A DNA stretch of 64,000 nucleotides, taken from positions 161,814 to 225,813 of the forward strand of contig JAPKZD010000003.1 of the NCBI GenBank assembly GCA_026393975.1. Direction: 5' to 3'. This DNA comes from Candidatus Aminicenantes bacterium. Lineage in GTDB: Bacteria; Acidobacteriota; Aminicenantia; Aminicenantales; Saccharicenantaceae. Under the pieces are notes generated by a model. That model made no database searches. It saw nothing but the letters and a program-made list of their open reading frames with translations, and was not told the origin of the DNA. The first letter of the stretch is position 1; each line of letters begins with the position of its first letter. The translations under genes were made by a program, and so were the position numbers. Positions 53,444-64,000 of the stretch are shown one piece after another.

Positions 53444-54823
53444 ATGGAACAAGATGTGAAAACCTGTCCTGCCGTCGATAGAACGAAAATCGCCCTGCCC
53501 CGGGTCCTGAGCCTATGGGACGTCATCATGATCGTCGTCGGCGGCGTCGTCGGCTCGGGTATCTTCCTGTCCCCGTCCGAGATCGCCGCGGCCGTGCCCG
53601 CCCCGCTGCTGATGCTGGCCGTCTGGGTCATCGGGGGCATGTTCAGCTTCTTCGGTGCCGTGGCCTTCGCCGAGCTCGGCGCGGCCATGCCCGAAGCCGG
53701 CGGCATCTACATCTACCTCAGGGAAGCCTATGGCCCGCTCATCTCATTCCTCTTCGGCTGGACCCTCTTCCTGGTCATCGACTCGGGCTCGATCGCGACC
53801 CTGGCCGTCGCCTTCTCCCATAACATCCTGCCGCGCTTCGTCGAGATGACGCCGCTCGTGAAGAAGCTCATCGCGGCCGCCTTCGTCGCCTTCCTCGGGG
53901 CCGTCAACTACGTCGGCCTCAAGTGGGGCTCCCGGCTCCAGAACTGGACGACCTATCTCAAGACGGGCGCCATCGGCATCATCGTCATCGGCGTCTTCTT
54001 CTTCACCAAGGGCCATGGCGCTGTCCGGAACTTCGTCGAGCCGAGCCCCGGCCCGTTCAACCTGCCTCTTCTCGGAGCGTTCGGCATCGGCCTGGTCGCC
54101 TCGCTCTGGGCCTACAAGGGCTGGGAGGCCGCGACCTACAGCGCCGGCGAGGTCAAGAACCCGAAGAAAAACCTGCCCCTCGGCATCCTCATCGGCACGA
54201 TGACCGTCATCGTCCTCTACCTCCTGGCTAACCTGGCCTACCTCTACATCATGCCGGTCGGCAAGATCGCCGCTTCCGAAGGCCGGGTGGCCCTCGACGT
54301 CATGCAGGTCATCGGGGGTCCGTTCCTGGCCTCGCTCATTACCTTCCTCATCCTCTTCTCCATCCTCGGCGCGGCCAACCAGAACATGCTCACCTCGCCC
54401 CGCGTCTACTTCGCCATGGCCCGTGACGGCATGTTCTTCAAGAAGATCGCCGAATGCCACCCGAAATTCCTGACCCCCCACGTCTCCATCATCGCCATCA
54501 CGGTCTGGAGCATCATCCTGACCCTGACCGGGACGTTCAAGCAGCTTTTCACTTATGTCATTTTCGGCGAATGGATCTTCTTCGGCATGACCGTGGCCGC
54601 GGTCATCGTCCTGCGAAAGAAACGGCCGGACCTCGACAGGCCCTACAAGACCTGGGGCTATCCGATCACGCCGATCATTTTCGTGCTGGCCGCGCTTTAT
54701 GTCGCCGTGGCCGCGCTCCTCAGCGCCTTCTGGAACGCCCTTGCCGGGCTGGGTATCATCTGCCTCGGCATCCCCGCCTACCTCTACTGGAAGGGCAAGC
54801 TGAATAAGGGCGGGGCCGTCTGA
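53444..54823 (+). CDS. Amino acid permease (APC superfamily)
   Basis: 12 predicted TM segments. LSLWDVIMIVVGGVVGSGIF consensus. AAGGAGAG RBS before ATG 53444. Confidence 0.8.
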   Translation: MEQDVKTCPAVDRTKIALPRVLSLWDVIMIVVGGVVGSGIFLSPSEIAAAVPAPLLMLAVWVIGGMFSFFGAVAFAELGAAMPEAGGIYIYLREAYGPLISFLFGWTLFLVIDSGSIATLAVAFSHNILPRFVEMTPLVKKLIAAAFVAFLGAVNYVGLKWGSRLQNWTTYLKTGAIGIIVIGVFFFTKGHGAVRNFVEPSPGPFNLPLLGAFGIGLVASLWAYKGWEAATYSAGEVKNPKKNLPLGILIGTMTVIVLYLLANLAYLYIMPVGKIAASEGRVALDVMQVIGGPFLASLITFLILFSILGAANQNMLTSPRVYFAMARDGMFFKKIAECHPKFLTPHVSIIAITVWSIILTLTGTFKQLFTYVIFGEWIFFGMTVAAVIVLRKKRPDLDRPYKTWGYPITPIIFVLAALYVAVAALLSAFWNALAGLGIICLGIPAYLYWKGKLNKGGAV

Positions 54824-54885
54824 CCGCGTTTAGGGACGATATCGGAAGGACAAAGGACGGGACGAAGGACGCAATAGCGGGGACA

Positions 54886-56166
54886 TCAGCGGGCGGCTAC
54901 CCTCCGGCCGTCCGCGACGGCGACGCGGCCGTTCTTGATGACCGTGTGGACGGGGTTCCGACCGGCGTCGTAAGCCAGCGACACGTGATCCGGGATATCG
55001 CAAAGAAGAAGGTCCATCTTTTTTCCCGGCTCGAGGCTGCCGACCGTTCCGTGCCGGCCGACGGCGTAGGCGGCGTTTCCCGTGCAGGCGTTGACGGCCT
55101 CTTCGACCGTCATCCCCAGGGTGAAGACGCCGAGTTGGAGGACGAAAAGCATCGAGCTCAGGTGCGAGCTCCCCGGATTGAAATCCGTGGCCAGGGCGAC
55201 GGCCGCCCCGGCGTCGATGAGGCGCCGGGCCGGGGCGCGCTTGTCCATCATCAGGAAGAAGGACACGCCCGGCAGGAGAATGGCTGCCGTGTCGCTCGCC
55301 GCCAAGCGGGCGATGCCTTCTTCGGAGACGGCGATGAGGTGCTCAGCCGACGCGGCCCCGACCTCCGCGGCGAGCTCAGCCCCGCCCAGGGTGACGAACT
55401 CGTCGGCGTGGACCTTGATCTTGAAGCCGGCGGCCTTAGCCGCCTGAACGAGCGCCCGCGTCTCCTCGACCGAGAAAACACCGGGCTCGCAGAAGACGTC
55501 GAAGAACTCGGCCAGGCCCCGCCGGCTCACTTCCGGGATCAGCGTGTCGACGAGAAGCTGGATGTATTCTTCCCGCCGGTCGCGGTATTCCGGCGGGACG
55601 TCGTGGGCGCCCATGAACGTCGGGACGATGTCCACGGGGTGGAAGGCGCCGAGGTCGCGCAGGGCCTCGAGCTGTTTCACTTCGTCCTCGAGGTTGAGGC
55701 CGTAGCCGCTCTTGGCCTCGACGGTCGTCGTGCCCGTGAGGAGCATCCGGTCGAGCCGGCGGAGGCAAAGGGCGAGGAGGTCGTCCAGGCTGGCCGCGCG
55801 CGTCGCCTTGACCGTCGTTTGGATGCCCATGCCCCGTTCGGCCAGCTGTTGGTAGGTCCAACCCTGGATTCTCAGACCGAATTCCCGGGCCCGGTTTCCG
55901 GCGAAGGGGAGATGGGTGTGGGCGTCGACGAAACCGGGCAGAGCGACCATGCTCCGTCCGTCGATCGTGACCGTGCCCGGCTCGGGCGAGACCTGGGCCA
56001 GGAATTCGTCTTCGGTCCCGACGAAGACGATGATGCCTTTCGAAGAAGCGACCCAGCCGTTCTCGATGACGCCGAGGTCCCGCAGAGCCTCCTTGCGCTT
56101 GGGCAGGGGTCCGGCGCAAGTCAGGAGCTCCCGACAGCCGGCGACGACGCAATCAGCTGATGTCAT
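54886..56166 (-). CDS. hutI: Imidazolonepropionase (HutI-type amidohydrolase)
   Basis: [35 protein letters not shown] and [11 protein letters not shown] motifs. Start overlaps the ftsZ stop by 14 nt. No hutH, hutU or hutG in the window. Confidence 0.8.
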   Translation of the reverse strand: MTSADCVVAGCRELLTCAGPLPKRKEALRDLGVIENGWVASSKGIIVFVGTEDEFLAQVSPEPGTVTIDGRSMVALPGFVDAHTHLPFAGNRAREFGLRIQGWTYQQLAERGMGIQTTVKATRAASLDDLLALCLRRLDRMLLTGTTTVEAKSGYGLNLEDEVKQLEALRDLGAFHPVDIVPTFMGAHDVPPEYRDRREEYIQLLVDTLIPEVSRRGLAEFFDVFCEPGVFSVEETRALVQAAKAAGFKIKVHADEFVTLGGAELAAEVGAASAEHLIAVSEEGIARLAASDTAAILLPGVSFFLMMDKRAPARRLIDAGAAVALATDFNPGSSHLSSMLFVLQLGVFTLGMTVEEAVNACTGNAAYAVGRHGTVGSLEPGKKMDLLLCDIPDHVSLAYDAGRNPVHTVIKNGRVAVADGRRVAAR

Positions 56167-57364
56167 GAGGCGTTTTTTTCAAGGAGGAGTGTTTCGTCCT
56201 GCGGATGAACGAGGGCGTTTCGTAGGACTCCCATTGCCTGTCGGAGACCGAGGGCTCCCAGGCCGGCGCTCCGCCCTTGCTCTCGAAGATATAGGACGGC
56301 GTTTCCTGGAACACGGGGAAAGGCTGGGGCGTTTTCCGGGCGGCCGGCCGAGGGGCTTCCTCGGCCGGGGCCAGCGTCTGAGCCGGATTCTGGTCGAAGC
56401 CGGTGGCGATGACTGTCACCTTGACCGTGTCCTTCATGCTCTCGTCGATGACCGTTCCGAAAATGATGTTCGCGTCCGGGTCGGCCAGGCTGTGGATGAG
56501 CTGGGAGGCCTTGGAGACCTCGTGGAGGGTCATGGTCTTGCCGCCGGTGATGTTGATGAGGACGCCGTGCGCGCCTTCGATGGAGGTGTCGATGAGAAGC
56601 GGGCTGGAGATGGCCTTCTCGGCGGCCTCCAGGGCCCGGTTCTCGCCCGAGGCCAGGCCCGTCCCCATGAAGGCCATGCCCATGCCCTTCATGACCGATT
56701 TGACATCGGCGAAATCCAGGTTGATCAGCCCGGGCTTGGTGATAAGATCGGAGATGCCCTGGGCCGCCTGCCGCAGGATGTCGTCGGCGAGGCGGAAAGC
56801 GTCCTGGATGGACGTGTTCAGGTTGACCGTCTGGAGGAGCCTCTCGTTGGGGATGGCGATGACCGTGTCCACGGCCGACTTAAGCTCCTTGAGGCCTTCC
56901 TCGGCTTGCTTGGCCCGCACCCGGCCCTCGAACTCGAAGGGCAGGGTGACGATGGCGATGACCAGGATGTCGAGCTCGGCGGCGATGTTGGCGATGATCG
57001 GGGTTGCACCTGTGCCGGTCCCGCCGCCCAGGCCCGTGGTCAGGAAGATCATGTCGGCGCCCTCGAGGATCTCGAGGAGCCGCTCCGTGTCCTCCATGGC
57101 CGCCTGCTTGCCCACCTCCGGGCGGCCGCCGGAGCCCAGCCCTTTTGTCAGCTGGCTCCCGATCTGTATCTTCGTCCGGGCCCGGTTGCTGTTGAGGGCC
57201 TGGAGGTCGGTGTTGACGGCGATGAACTCGACGCCCTGGACGCCGTGCTCGATCATCCGGTTGACGGCGTTGCCGCCGCCGCCGCCGAGGCCGATGACCT
57301 TGATCTTGGCCCCGAGGTGCTCCTCGACGAGGTGGAATTTCAGCCGGTTCGATTCGTCGCTCAT
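56153..57364 (-). CDS. ftsZ: Cell division GTPase FtsZ
   Basis: [11 protein letters not shown] tubulin signature. The ATG at 57364 after AGGAGAG is chosen. Confidence 0.95.
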   Translation of the reverse strand: MSDESNRLKFHLVEEHLGAKIKVIGLGGGGGNAVNRMIEHGVQGVEFIAVNTDLQALNSNRARTKIQIGSQLTKGLGSGGRPEVGKQAAMEDTERLLEILEGADMIFLTTGLGGGTGTGATPIIANIAAELDILVIAIVTLPFEFEGRVRAKQAEEGLKELKSAVDTVIAIPNERLLQTVNLNTSIQDAFRLADDILRQAAQGISDLITKPGLINLDFADVKSVMKGMGMAFMGTGLASGENRALEAAEKAISSPLLIDTSIEGAHGVLINITGGKTMTLHEVSKASQLIHSLADPDANIIFGTVIDESMKDTVKVTVIATGFDQNPAQTLAPAEEAPRPAARKTPQPFPVFQETPSYIFESKGGAPAWEPSVSDRQWESYETPSFIRRTKHSSLKKTPHDIS

Positions 57365-57375
57365 GTGTTCTCTCC

Positions 57376-58599
57376 TTATCCTTCCTTGAACCAATCTTTG
57401 AATTTGGACCAACCGTTCTTTTTTCTGTCCCTGGCGAGACCCCTGTTCTGCCAGATATGAAAACCGTAGAGGATGAGTCCCACCGATGTGGAGAAGTCCG
57501 GGGTCGAAACGCGGTCGACGAGGCCGCCGACGCCGCCCGGGTCGCCTCGCCGTACGGGGAGGTCAAAGATCTCCTCGGCGACCTCCTCCAGGCCCTCGAG
57601 AAGGGCCGTGCCGCCGGTGAGGACGATGCCCGAGTTCAGCGACTTGTCGTAGCCCATGCGCTTGATGTCGGAGTCGACCAGCCGGAAGATCTCCTCGGCC
57701 CGGGGCTGGATGATGTCGGCTAGGAGCTGGCGCGACAGGACCCGCGGCTTGCGGCCCTTGCCGACCGAGGGAACCTCGATCGTCTCCTGGTCCTCGACCG
57801 GGGGCCCGGCGATGCAGCCGAACTTCTTCTTGATCCGCTCGGCCTCGGGGATGGGCGTCCGCAGGCCGACGGCGATGTCGTTGGTGAAGTTGTCGCCGCC
57901 GATGGGGATGGTCGAGGTGTACCACAAGCTACCGCGCTCGTAGATGGCCACCTCGGTCGTGCCCGCGCCGATGTCGATCTGCCCGACGCCGAGCTCCCGC
58001 TCGTCCTGGGTCAGGACGGACTGGGCCGTGGCGATCTGGTTGAGGACGACCTCCTCGACGCCGATCCCGGCCCGCCCGACGCAGCTCTTCAGGTTCTGGA
58101 GCGAGGTCAGGGCGGCCGTGATGATGTGGACGTTGACCTCGAGCTTGATGCCGCTCATCCCGGCCGGGTCCTTGATCCCGTCCTGATCGTCGACGATGAA
58201 CTCCTGGGGGATGATGTGGATGATGTCCCGGTCCGGGGGGATGGGGATGGCCTTGGACTGGTCGATGACCCGTTTCACGTCCTCGCGGGTGATGATCCGG
58301 TTCTTGCCCGAGACGGCGACGACGCCGCGGCTGTTGAAGCTCTTGATATGGGAGCCGGAGATGCCGAAGAAAGCCGAATCGATCTCGACGCCGGCCATGA
58401 GCTCGGCTTCTTCCTGGGCCTTCTTGATGGCCGTTGTTGTCGCGTCGAGGTCGACGACGACGCCCTTGCGCAGGCCGCGCGAGTCGGCCGTGCCGATGCC
58501 GATGATCTCGACCTTGCGCTCCTCGGTGACTTCACCGATGACGGCGACGACCTTCCGCGTCCCGATGTCGAACCCGACGATGTAGTTGTTCTTGGGCAT
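57376..58599 (-). CDS. ftsA: Cell division protein FtsA
   Basis: Actin-like: [11 protein letters not shown] ... [10 protein letters not shown]. Confidence 0.9.
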   Translation of the reverse strand: MPKNNYIVGFDIGTRKVVAVIGEVTEERKVEIIGIGTADSRGLRKGVVVDLDATTTAIKKAQEEAELMAGVEIDSAFFGISGSHIKSFNSRGVVAVSGKNRIITREDVKRVIDQSKAIPIPPDRDIIHIIPQEFIVDDQDGIKDPAGMSGIKLEVNVHIITAALTSLQNLKSCVGRAGIGVEEVVLNQIATAQSVLTQDERELGVGQIDIGAGTTEVAIYERGSLWYTSTIPIGGDNFTNDIAVGLRTPIPEAERIKKKFGCIAGPPVEDQETIEVPSVGKGRKPRVLSRQLLADIIQPRAEEIFRLVDSDIKRMGYDKSLNSGIVLTGGTALLEGLEEVAEEIFDLPVRRGDPGGVGGLVDRVSTPDFSTSVGLILYGFHIWQNRGLARDRKKNGWSKFKDWFKEG

Positions 58600-59468
58600 T
58601 ACTCAGTCTCCTTTGTCAGGTTGGGGACGGCGTCCCCGGCCGGCTCGGCGGCCCTCAAGTAGACCCGGCTGTCATAGCACATGTTGACGGCGGCCAGGGG
58701 GCCGAAAAGGCGTTCCCACTCCGGCCGCCGGCGCCGGAAGAGGGCTAGGTTTTCGACCGGCGATTCGCGGTCCACGACGACCCGGACGGGGTCGTCCTTG
58801 AAGATAAGTTCGAGCGACCCGTAGTCGCCGCAGCGGACGCCGGCGAGGCGGTCCCGCTCGGCGCGCGGCAGGGTCTCGAGGCAGCGCCTGGCCGCCTCCC
58901 ATTTCTCGAGGAAGTTCGAGGCGAACCCGTTCTCGTCGGAGATGACAGGCAGGCGGTACTCCTCGAGTGAATAGACCCTTTCGAGGACCCGCCCTTCCTC
59001 GTCCGCAAGGAGGAGCCCGTCCCGTTCGAGGACAGCGAAGGGCGTCCTCTCGACGACCGTGATGCGCAGCTCGGAGGGGAAGACCTTCTGGATGCTGACG
59101 TCCTTGATCCAGGCCAGGCGCCGGATGTCGCCGCGCAGGGCCTGGATGTCGCAGAGGAGAATGTTGCCCAGATGCGGAACGGCGAAGTAGTTCTCCAGGG
59201 TCTGCCGCAGGTTGTCTTTGGCGCAGACGACCTCGACCTTGCGGATGGCCAGCTGGTCCCAGGTGATGAGGAAGAGATAGGCACCGCGGACGGCCAGGAA
59301 GAATCCGGCCTGGAGCCCGAGCAGGACGAGGACGTGCTTGAGGCGGAGCGCCCGGCGGCGCTTGTTCTTCTGGAGGGGGAGGTCCCGCTCTCCCGGCCGG
59401 AGGAACGGGCGGCGGGCGAAGAGGGGCCTGCTTTTTTCCCGCCCCAACTCGCCAATCACCGTCGCCAT
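58599..59468 (-). CDS. ftsQ: Cell division protein FtsQ/DivIB
   Basis: TM helix followed by a POTRA domain. The TAA overlaps the ftsA ATG by 1 nt. Confidence 0.75.
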   Translation of the reverse strand: MATVIGELGREKSRPLFARRPFLRPGERDLPLQKNKRRRALRLKHVLVLLGLQAGFFLAVRGAYLFLITWDQLAIRKVEVVCAKDNLRQTLENYFAVPHLGNILLCDIQALRGDIRRLAWIKDVSIQKVFPSELRITVVERTPFAVLERDGLLLADEEGRVLERVYSLEEYRLPVISDENGFASNFLEKWEAARRCLETLPRAERDRLAGVRCGDYGSLELIFKDDPVRVVVDRESPVENLALFRRRRPEWERLFGPLAAVNMCYDSRVYLRAAEPAGDAVPNLTKETE

Positions 59469-59469
59469 G

Positions 59470-60815
59470 TCAGCCTTTCGCCTCCAGCCCGGCGATGATG
59501 TCCGGGATCGTCCGGTTGATGTTCCCCGCCCCGAGGACGAGGACGATGTCGTCCGGGGCCAGGATCTTTTGAAGGACGGCCCCGATCTTCTTCAGGTCGG
59601 GCTCGAAGAAGACGTGCTTGTGGCCGAAATGGGGTCCTCTCCGGCCGGGTAGATCTCGGTCAGGACGAGGACGTCGGCCTGGTTGAAAGCGGTCGCGAAC
59701 GCCGTCATGAGCTTGGCGAGCCGGGTGTAGCGGTGGGGTTGGAAGACGACCACGACGCGGCGCGGCCAGCCTCTTTTCGCGGCCTCGAGCGTCGCCTTGA
59801 TCTCGGTCGGGTGATGGGCGTAGTCCTCGACGACCATGACCCCGCCGACGGTCTTGCGCAGCTCGAAGCGGCGGCCCGTCCCGGTGTAACTCTCCAGGGC
59901 CTCGAGGATCGTCCTGGCGGGCATGTCCAGGTCGAGGCCTACGGCCGCCGCGGCCATGGCGTTGAGGATGTTGTGCATGCCGGGGACCTGGAGCTTCAGC
60001 GTCCCGAGCTGCTTGCCCTTGGCGAAGAGGACCGACGCGCTGCGGAATCCGTCGAAGGCGAAGTCGCGGGCGAAAATGTCGGATTGAGCGGAAAAGCCGT
60101 AGGTGATGACCCGGCGCTCGATCTCGGGGAGGATGCTCTGGAGGTTGGGGTCGTCGAGGCAAAGGATGACCGGGCAGTAGAACGGCACCTTGTTGGCGAA
60201 GTTGACGAAGGTCTTCTTGAGCTCGTCGAGGCTCTGGTACTGGTCGAGGTGCTCCTCGTCGATGTTGGTCAGGACGGCGATGAAGGGGGAGAGGCAGAGA
60301 AAGGAACGGTCGCTCTCGTCGGCTTCGGCCACGATGAAGTCCCCGGCGCCGAGCTTGGCGTTGGCCCCGATCGTGTTCAGGCGGCCGCCGACGATGATCG
60401 TCGGGTCGAACCCGCCGGCCTCGAGGACGAGGGCGGTCATGGATGTCGTCGTCGTCTTGCCGTGCGAGCCGGCCACGGCGATGCCGTACTTCATTCGCAT
60501 CAGCTCGGCCAGCATCTCGGCCCGGGGGATGACCGGGATGAGGCGGGCCCGGGCCTTCTGGACTTCGATGTTGTCCTCGTGGACGGCCGAGGAGATGACG
60601 ACGACGTCGGCATCCTTGAGGTTCTCGGCCCGATGGCCGATGGCGACGTCGGCGCCGAGCTTGGCCAGCCGGCGGGTGGCGTCGTTCTCCTGAATGTCGG
60701 AGCCGGAGACCTTGTAACCCAGGTTGAGCAGGACCTCGGCGATGCCGTTCATGCCCGTCCCGCCGATGCCGACCATGTGGATGTGGTTGAGCTTGCGGTA
60801 GCCTTTCTTGGTCAC
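59470..60815 (-). CDS. murC: UDP-N-acetylmuramate--L-alanine ligase MurC; reading frame disrupted near 59,600-59,650 (frameshift plus ~20-25 missing codons); pseudogene or assembly error
   Basis: N-terminal frame 59592..60815 ([14 protein letters not shown] .. [11 protein letters not shown] ..) ends ..[20 protein letters not shown]. The authentic C-terminus ([50 protein letters not shown]) is in another frame (ORF 59470..60162). Confidence 0.75.
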
Positions 60816-61912
60816 GACGTGGCCTCCTTCGGAGCGGGCTTCATCAGGGACAGGCAGAGCTCGGCGATGCGGCCGGCCGGGCCGGGGAACTGGAGCCGGG
60901 CCAGGTTCTGCTCCATCGCCTCGAGCTCCCCGGCATGGTCGAGGTAGTGGAGGATGCGGGCGGCCAGGGTTTCGGGCGTGGCCTTGTCCTCGGGCAGGAC
61001 CTCGGCCGCGCCGGCGGCCTCGAGTTCGCGGGCGTTCGCGGATTGGTGGTCTTCCGAAGCCCCGGCGAAGGGGACGAGCAGGGCGGCCCGCCTCGCGGCG
61101 ATGATCTCGGCAAGGGTCGTCGCCCCGGCCCGGCTGACGATGAGGTCGGCCCGGCCGAAATAAGCGGCCATGCCGGGGAAGTAGGCGGCGACTTCGGCCC
61201 CGTCAAATCCGTTCGCCCGATAGGCGTCGCGGACGCGCTCCAGGTCGTTCGTTCCGGTCTGGTGCTTCATCCGGAGCCGGCCCTTGGCGGCGGCGAGAAG
61301 CGGCAGGGCGGCCGTGACTCGGTCGTTGAGGAAGCGCGATCCCTGACTGCCGCCGAAGACGAGGACGTCGAGCGTCCCCGTCCGCTTTTTCGCCGGGAGG
61401 GCGTAGAAATCCTCCCGGACGGGGTTGCCGAGGACGACGCCCTTGCCCTTGAAAGCCGGGAGCGTCGAGGGGAAGGCAACGACGGCCCGGCTGACCCAGC
61501 GGGCGAGCAGGCGGTTGGTGAAGCCGGGCCGGGCGTTCTGTTCGAGGATGACGGTCGGGACGCGGAACCACGAAGCCAGGAGGACGATCGGGCCCGAGCT
61601 GTAGCCGCCGACGCCGATAACCAGGCCGGGCCGGGTCCGGATCAAGATGGCCAGCGAATGGATGAAGGCGAGCGGAAGGATGATGAGGGCCCGCAGGCTT
61701 TTCAGGCCGCGGCCTTTGAGCCCTTCGATGCGCATGGGGATGAACTTGACGCCGTGCTCGGCCATGATCCTCTGTTCGACATCCCGGCGCGTCCCGACGT
61801 AGGTCAGGCCGAGGCCGGGCTCCATGGCCAAAAGCCTCCGGCCGACGACGAGGGCGGGGTAGAGATGGCCCCCCGTGCCTCCGCCGCTGATGACAACGCT
61901 GCGCTTCTTCAT
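60812..61912 (-). CDS. murG: UDP-N-acetylglucosamine--N-acetylmuramyl-(pentapeptide) pyrophosphoryl-undecaprenol GlcNAc transferase MurG
   Basis: [17 protein letters not shown].. GT28 family. Confidence 0.9.
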   Translation of the reverse strand: MKKRSVVISGGGTGGHLYPALVVGRRLLAMEPGLGLTYVGTRRDVEQRIMAEHGVKFIPMRIEGLKGRGLKSLRALIILPLAFIHSLAILIRTRPGLVIGVGGYSSGPIVLLASWFRVPTVILEQNARPGFTNRLLARWVSRAVVAFPSTLPAFKGKGVVLGNPVREDFYALPAKKRTGTLDVLVFGGSQGSRFLNDRVTAALPLLAAAKGRLRMKHQTGTNDLERVRDAYRANGFDGAEVAAYFPGMAAYFGRADLIVSRAGATTLAEIIAARRAALLVPFAGASEDHQSANARELEAAGAAEVLPEDKATPETLAARILHYLDHAGELEAMEQNLARLQFPGPAGRIAELCLSLMKPAPKEATS

Positions 61913-63027
61913 ATCCTCACCGCGGTCCCGCTGTCCCCTTTTTTCTGGCTGATATGGAGCAGCAGGCCGATCGCGGCCAGCGTGCAGATGAGAGAAGACC
62001 GGCCGTAGGAGAGCAGGGGGAGGGGGGTCCCCTTGGCCGGGCCGAGCCCGAGCACGATCGAGATGTTCATCAAGGCCTGGACGACGATGGCGAAGGTGAC
62101 ACCCGCGGCGATCATCTTGTACGTCGGGTTGGGCGCCGCCGTGGCGATCTTCAAGCCCCTCCAGAGGAAGAGGAGGTACAGGGCGAGGGTGACGATCGTC
62201 CCCAGGAGCCCTGTCTCCTCGCCCAGAATGGCGAAGATGAAATCGGTGTGAGCGAAGGGCAGGAAGTAGAGCTTTTGTGTGCTCTGGCCGAGGCCGACGC
62301 CGACGAGCCCGCCCGAACCCAAGGCCAGCTTGGATTGGTCGACCTGGTAGCCCGAGCCGAGGACGTTCTTTTGCGAGGAGAAGAAGCCCTGGAGCCGCTC
62401 GACCCGGTAGTCGGCCTGGAAGAGGTAGAAGGCGAACAGGGCGGCGAAGAGACTTCCGGCGATGATGAAATAGCGGACCTTGACCCCGCCGATGTAGAGC
62501 ATCATCGCCGCCAGCACCGCGATTAAGACCGCGGTGCCGAAATCGGGCTCGAGAAGGACGAGGACGACCGTGACGACGAGCACGGCCAAGGGTATGGCCA
62601 GGGTCTTCATCTCGTTGAGCTTGTCCTTTTTACTTTCGATGTACGTGGCTAGGAAGAGGATGAGGCTGATCTTGGCCAGCTCCGACGGCTGGAAACGAAA
62701 GCCCATGAGGACGATCCAGCGGTTGGTCCTGGCTACGGTCGGCATGGCCAGGCAGAGCATCAGCAGGAAGACCGTCAGGGCGAGGAGCCCGTAGACGAAA
62801 GCGGGCTGGAGGAAAAAGGGCTTTTTGACCGAGACGAGGAAGGCGACGATGACCAGCCCGGCCACGGCTCCCAGGATCTGCTGGGCCATGAAATGGAAGG
62901 ACTGGTTGTACTTGTCCCTGGCCATGAAGCTCGACGAACTGAAGACGAAGAAGATACCGATCGCCACGAGGAAGAGGGTGATCACGAACAGGGGCACGTC
63001 GAAGCCGAACCGTCTGCGGCCGATCAT
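61909..63027 (-). CDS. ftsW: Lipid II flippase / SEDS glycosyltransferase FtsW
   Basis: 10-TM SEDS protein. Sits in the dcw position between murD and murG. Confidence 0.9.
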   Translation of the reverse strand: MIGRRRFGFDVPLFVITLFLVAIGIFFVFSSSSFMARDKYNQSFHFMAQQILGAVAGLVIVAFLVSVKKPFFLQPAFVYGLLALTVFLLMLCLAMPTVARTNRWIVLMGFRFQPSELAKISLILFLATYIESKKDKLNEMKTLAIPLAVLVVTVVLVLLEPDFGTAVLIAVLAAMMLYIGGVKVRYFIIAGSLFAALFAFYLFQADYRVERLQGFFSSQKNVLGSGYQVDQSKLALGSGGLVGVGLGQSTQKLYFLPFAHTDFIFAILGEETGLLGTIVTLALYLLFLWRGLKIATAAPNPTYKMIAAGVTFAIVVQALMNISIVLGLGPAKGTPLPLLSYGRSSLICTLAAIGLLLHISQKKGDSGTAVRI

Positions 63028-64000
63028 GTCCGGGCCTCTTTCTTCCGCAGGCCCGCGGCGAGGAGGCGCACTTCGCGCTTGAAGGTCCGGCCGCGCTCCT
63101 CGAAGTCCTTGAACATGTCCCAGCTCGTGCAGGCCGGGGCCAGGAGGACGACGTCGCCGCGAACGGCCCGTTCGAAGGCCCTGCGGACGACGTCGCGATA
63201 ATTCGAAACCCGGTCGACGGGCACGACACCGCCGAGCGCCGTTTCGATCTTGTCGGCCGCCTCCCCGACGAGGACGACCGACCGCACTCTCTTGCTGACC
63301 CCGCCGCGGAGGGGCGAGAAGTCCCCGCCCTTGCCGCGCCCGCCCAGGATGAGGACCACCGGACGGTCGAAGCTGGATAGGGCCTTGAGGGTCGCATCCA
63401 CGGTCGTCGCTTTGGAATCGTTGACGAAGCGGACGCCCTTGACCCGGAGGACGTCCTCGAGCCGGTGCTCGAGCCCCCGGAAGGCGAGGATCGAGCGGCG
63501 GAGCGCCGGCGCCGGGACGCCCAGAAGGTGGCCGATGAGCGCGGCGGCCAGGACGTTCTCCTGGTTGTGGGTGCCCGGGAGCGTGATCCGTGAGGTCGGC
63601 AGGATCCTCTCGGGCTTCCCGTCGCGGACGACGACCCAGTCATCTTCGACGAACGCGCCCCGGCGGAGGCGCCTCTTGCGGCTGAAGCCGTAGACCTCGG
63701 ATGCCGCTTCCCCGGCCAGGCTCCAGACGAGCGGGTTGTCGCGGTTGAGGACGGCCTTGCCCTCCCGGCCCTGCCGGAGGACGAGCTTTTTTTTGGCCCC
63801 GAAATAGTTGTCGAAGGTCTTATGCCAATCGATGTGGTTCTCGGAGACGTTGAGGATGGCCGCGACCGCGGGGGTGAACCTCTCGGTGTATTCGAGCTGG
63901 AAGCTCGAGATCTCGGTCACGTAGATGTGATCGTCGCGGCTCTTGTCGACGAAGGAGACGAGAGGGGTGCCGATATTCCCGGCCAGGCGGGCCTTGAGCC
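63024..64000 (-). CDS. murD: UDP-N-acetylmuramoylalanine--D-glutamate ligase MurD (C-terminal part; continues beyond the window)
   Basis: Mur ligase middle and C domains (..LPGTHNQENVLAAAL.. ..VNDSKATTVDAT..). Frame is open to position 64000. Confidence 0.85.
   Translation of the reverse strand, partial: LKARLAGNIGTPLVSFVDKSRDDHIYVTEISSFQLEYTERFTPAVAAILNVSENHIDWHKTFDNYFGAKKKLVLRQGREGKAVLNRDNPLVWSLAGEAASEVYGFSRKRRLRRGAFVEDDWVVVRDGKPERILPTSRITLPGTHNQENVLAAALIGHLLGVPAPALRRSILAFRGLEHRLEDVLRVKGVRFVNDSKATTVDATLKALSSFDRPVVLILGGRGKGGDFSPLRGGVSKRVRSVVLVGEAADKIETALGGVVPVDRVSNYRDVVRRAFERAVRGDVVLLAPACTSWDMFKDFEERGRTFKREVRLLAAGLRKKEART

Noticed and set aside
59470-60162. Separate 230-aa minus-strand ORF 3' of murC
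   Set aside because: Only its last ~50 residues make sense, and these are the authentic MurC C-terminus. The rest is an out-of-frame read of murC. It is treated as part of a frameshifted murC rather than as a gene.
1-64000. Mobile elements, CRISPR arrays, prophage, defence or toxin-antitoxin genes
   Set aside because: I found no transposase, integrase, recombinase, Cas, restriction-modification or toxin-like ORFs, no spaced direct repeats typical of CRISPR, and no large compositional break. Apart from the four-copy repeat family, the window looks like core chromosome.

Overview
This is a visibly GC-rich window (roughly two-thirds G+C by eye, not computed) of a densely packed bacterial chromosome, with features of a diderm (Gram-negative-type) organism. 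Nearly all of it is housekeeping. In order: the 5' end of a GH2 beta-galactosidase and a sugar-nucleotidyltransferase on the minus strand. A long plus-strand array of genes with overlapping stop and start codons: hslV, hslU, an Fn3-like lipoprotein, an FAH-family hydrolase, a transaldolase, a TamB-like protein, BamA, a SurA-N-like chaperone and fabD. Then pgsA, mutS, a small very acidic protein, clpB and tRNA-Phe. A second plus-strand run: a DUF465 protein, an Asd-like protein, yicC, gmk, coaBC, a family-4 UDG and priA. A minus-strand coaD-pilMNOPQ-lipoprotein operon. Then pcm, a phosphohexomutase, ftsB, a UvrD-type helicase fused to a Cas4/AddB-like nuclease, sppA, and an RRM RNA-binding protein. 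An ECF sigma / zinc anti-sigma pair followed by two secreted proteins that share a C-terminal domain. Then leuCDB, tsaB, rimI, truA, a LOG/TIGR00725-like protein, an MglA-family GTPase, comM/yifB, an APC permease, an orphan hutI, and the dcw cluster murD-ftsW-murG-murC-ftsQ-ftsA-ftsZ on the minus strand. I found no transposase, integrase, CRISPR array or recognisable defence or toxin genes. The main candidates for something undescribed are: (1) a ~115-140 bp structured repeat in four copies (20.8, 35.2, 42.2 and 45.5 kb), with a covarying 9-bp stem around a conserved loop, three copies sitting just upstream of -35 boxes; (2) an Asd-fold paralog that has lost the catalytic Cys (NPNCST becomes NPNPAT), the Arg, and part of the Rossmann motif; (3) an ECF-sigma / anti-sigma / two-secreted-paralog module; (4) a broken murC reading frame; (5) an MglA-like GTPase with a C-terminal extension and no MglB nearby; (6) a strongly promoted acidic small protein divergent from clpB, with an operator-like palindrome.
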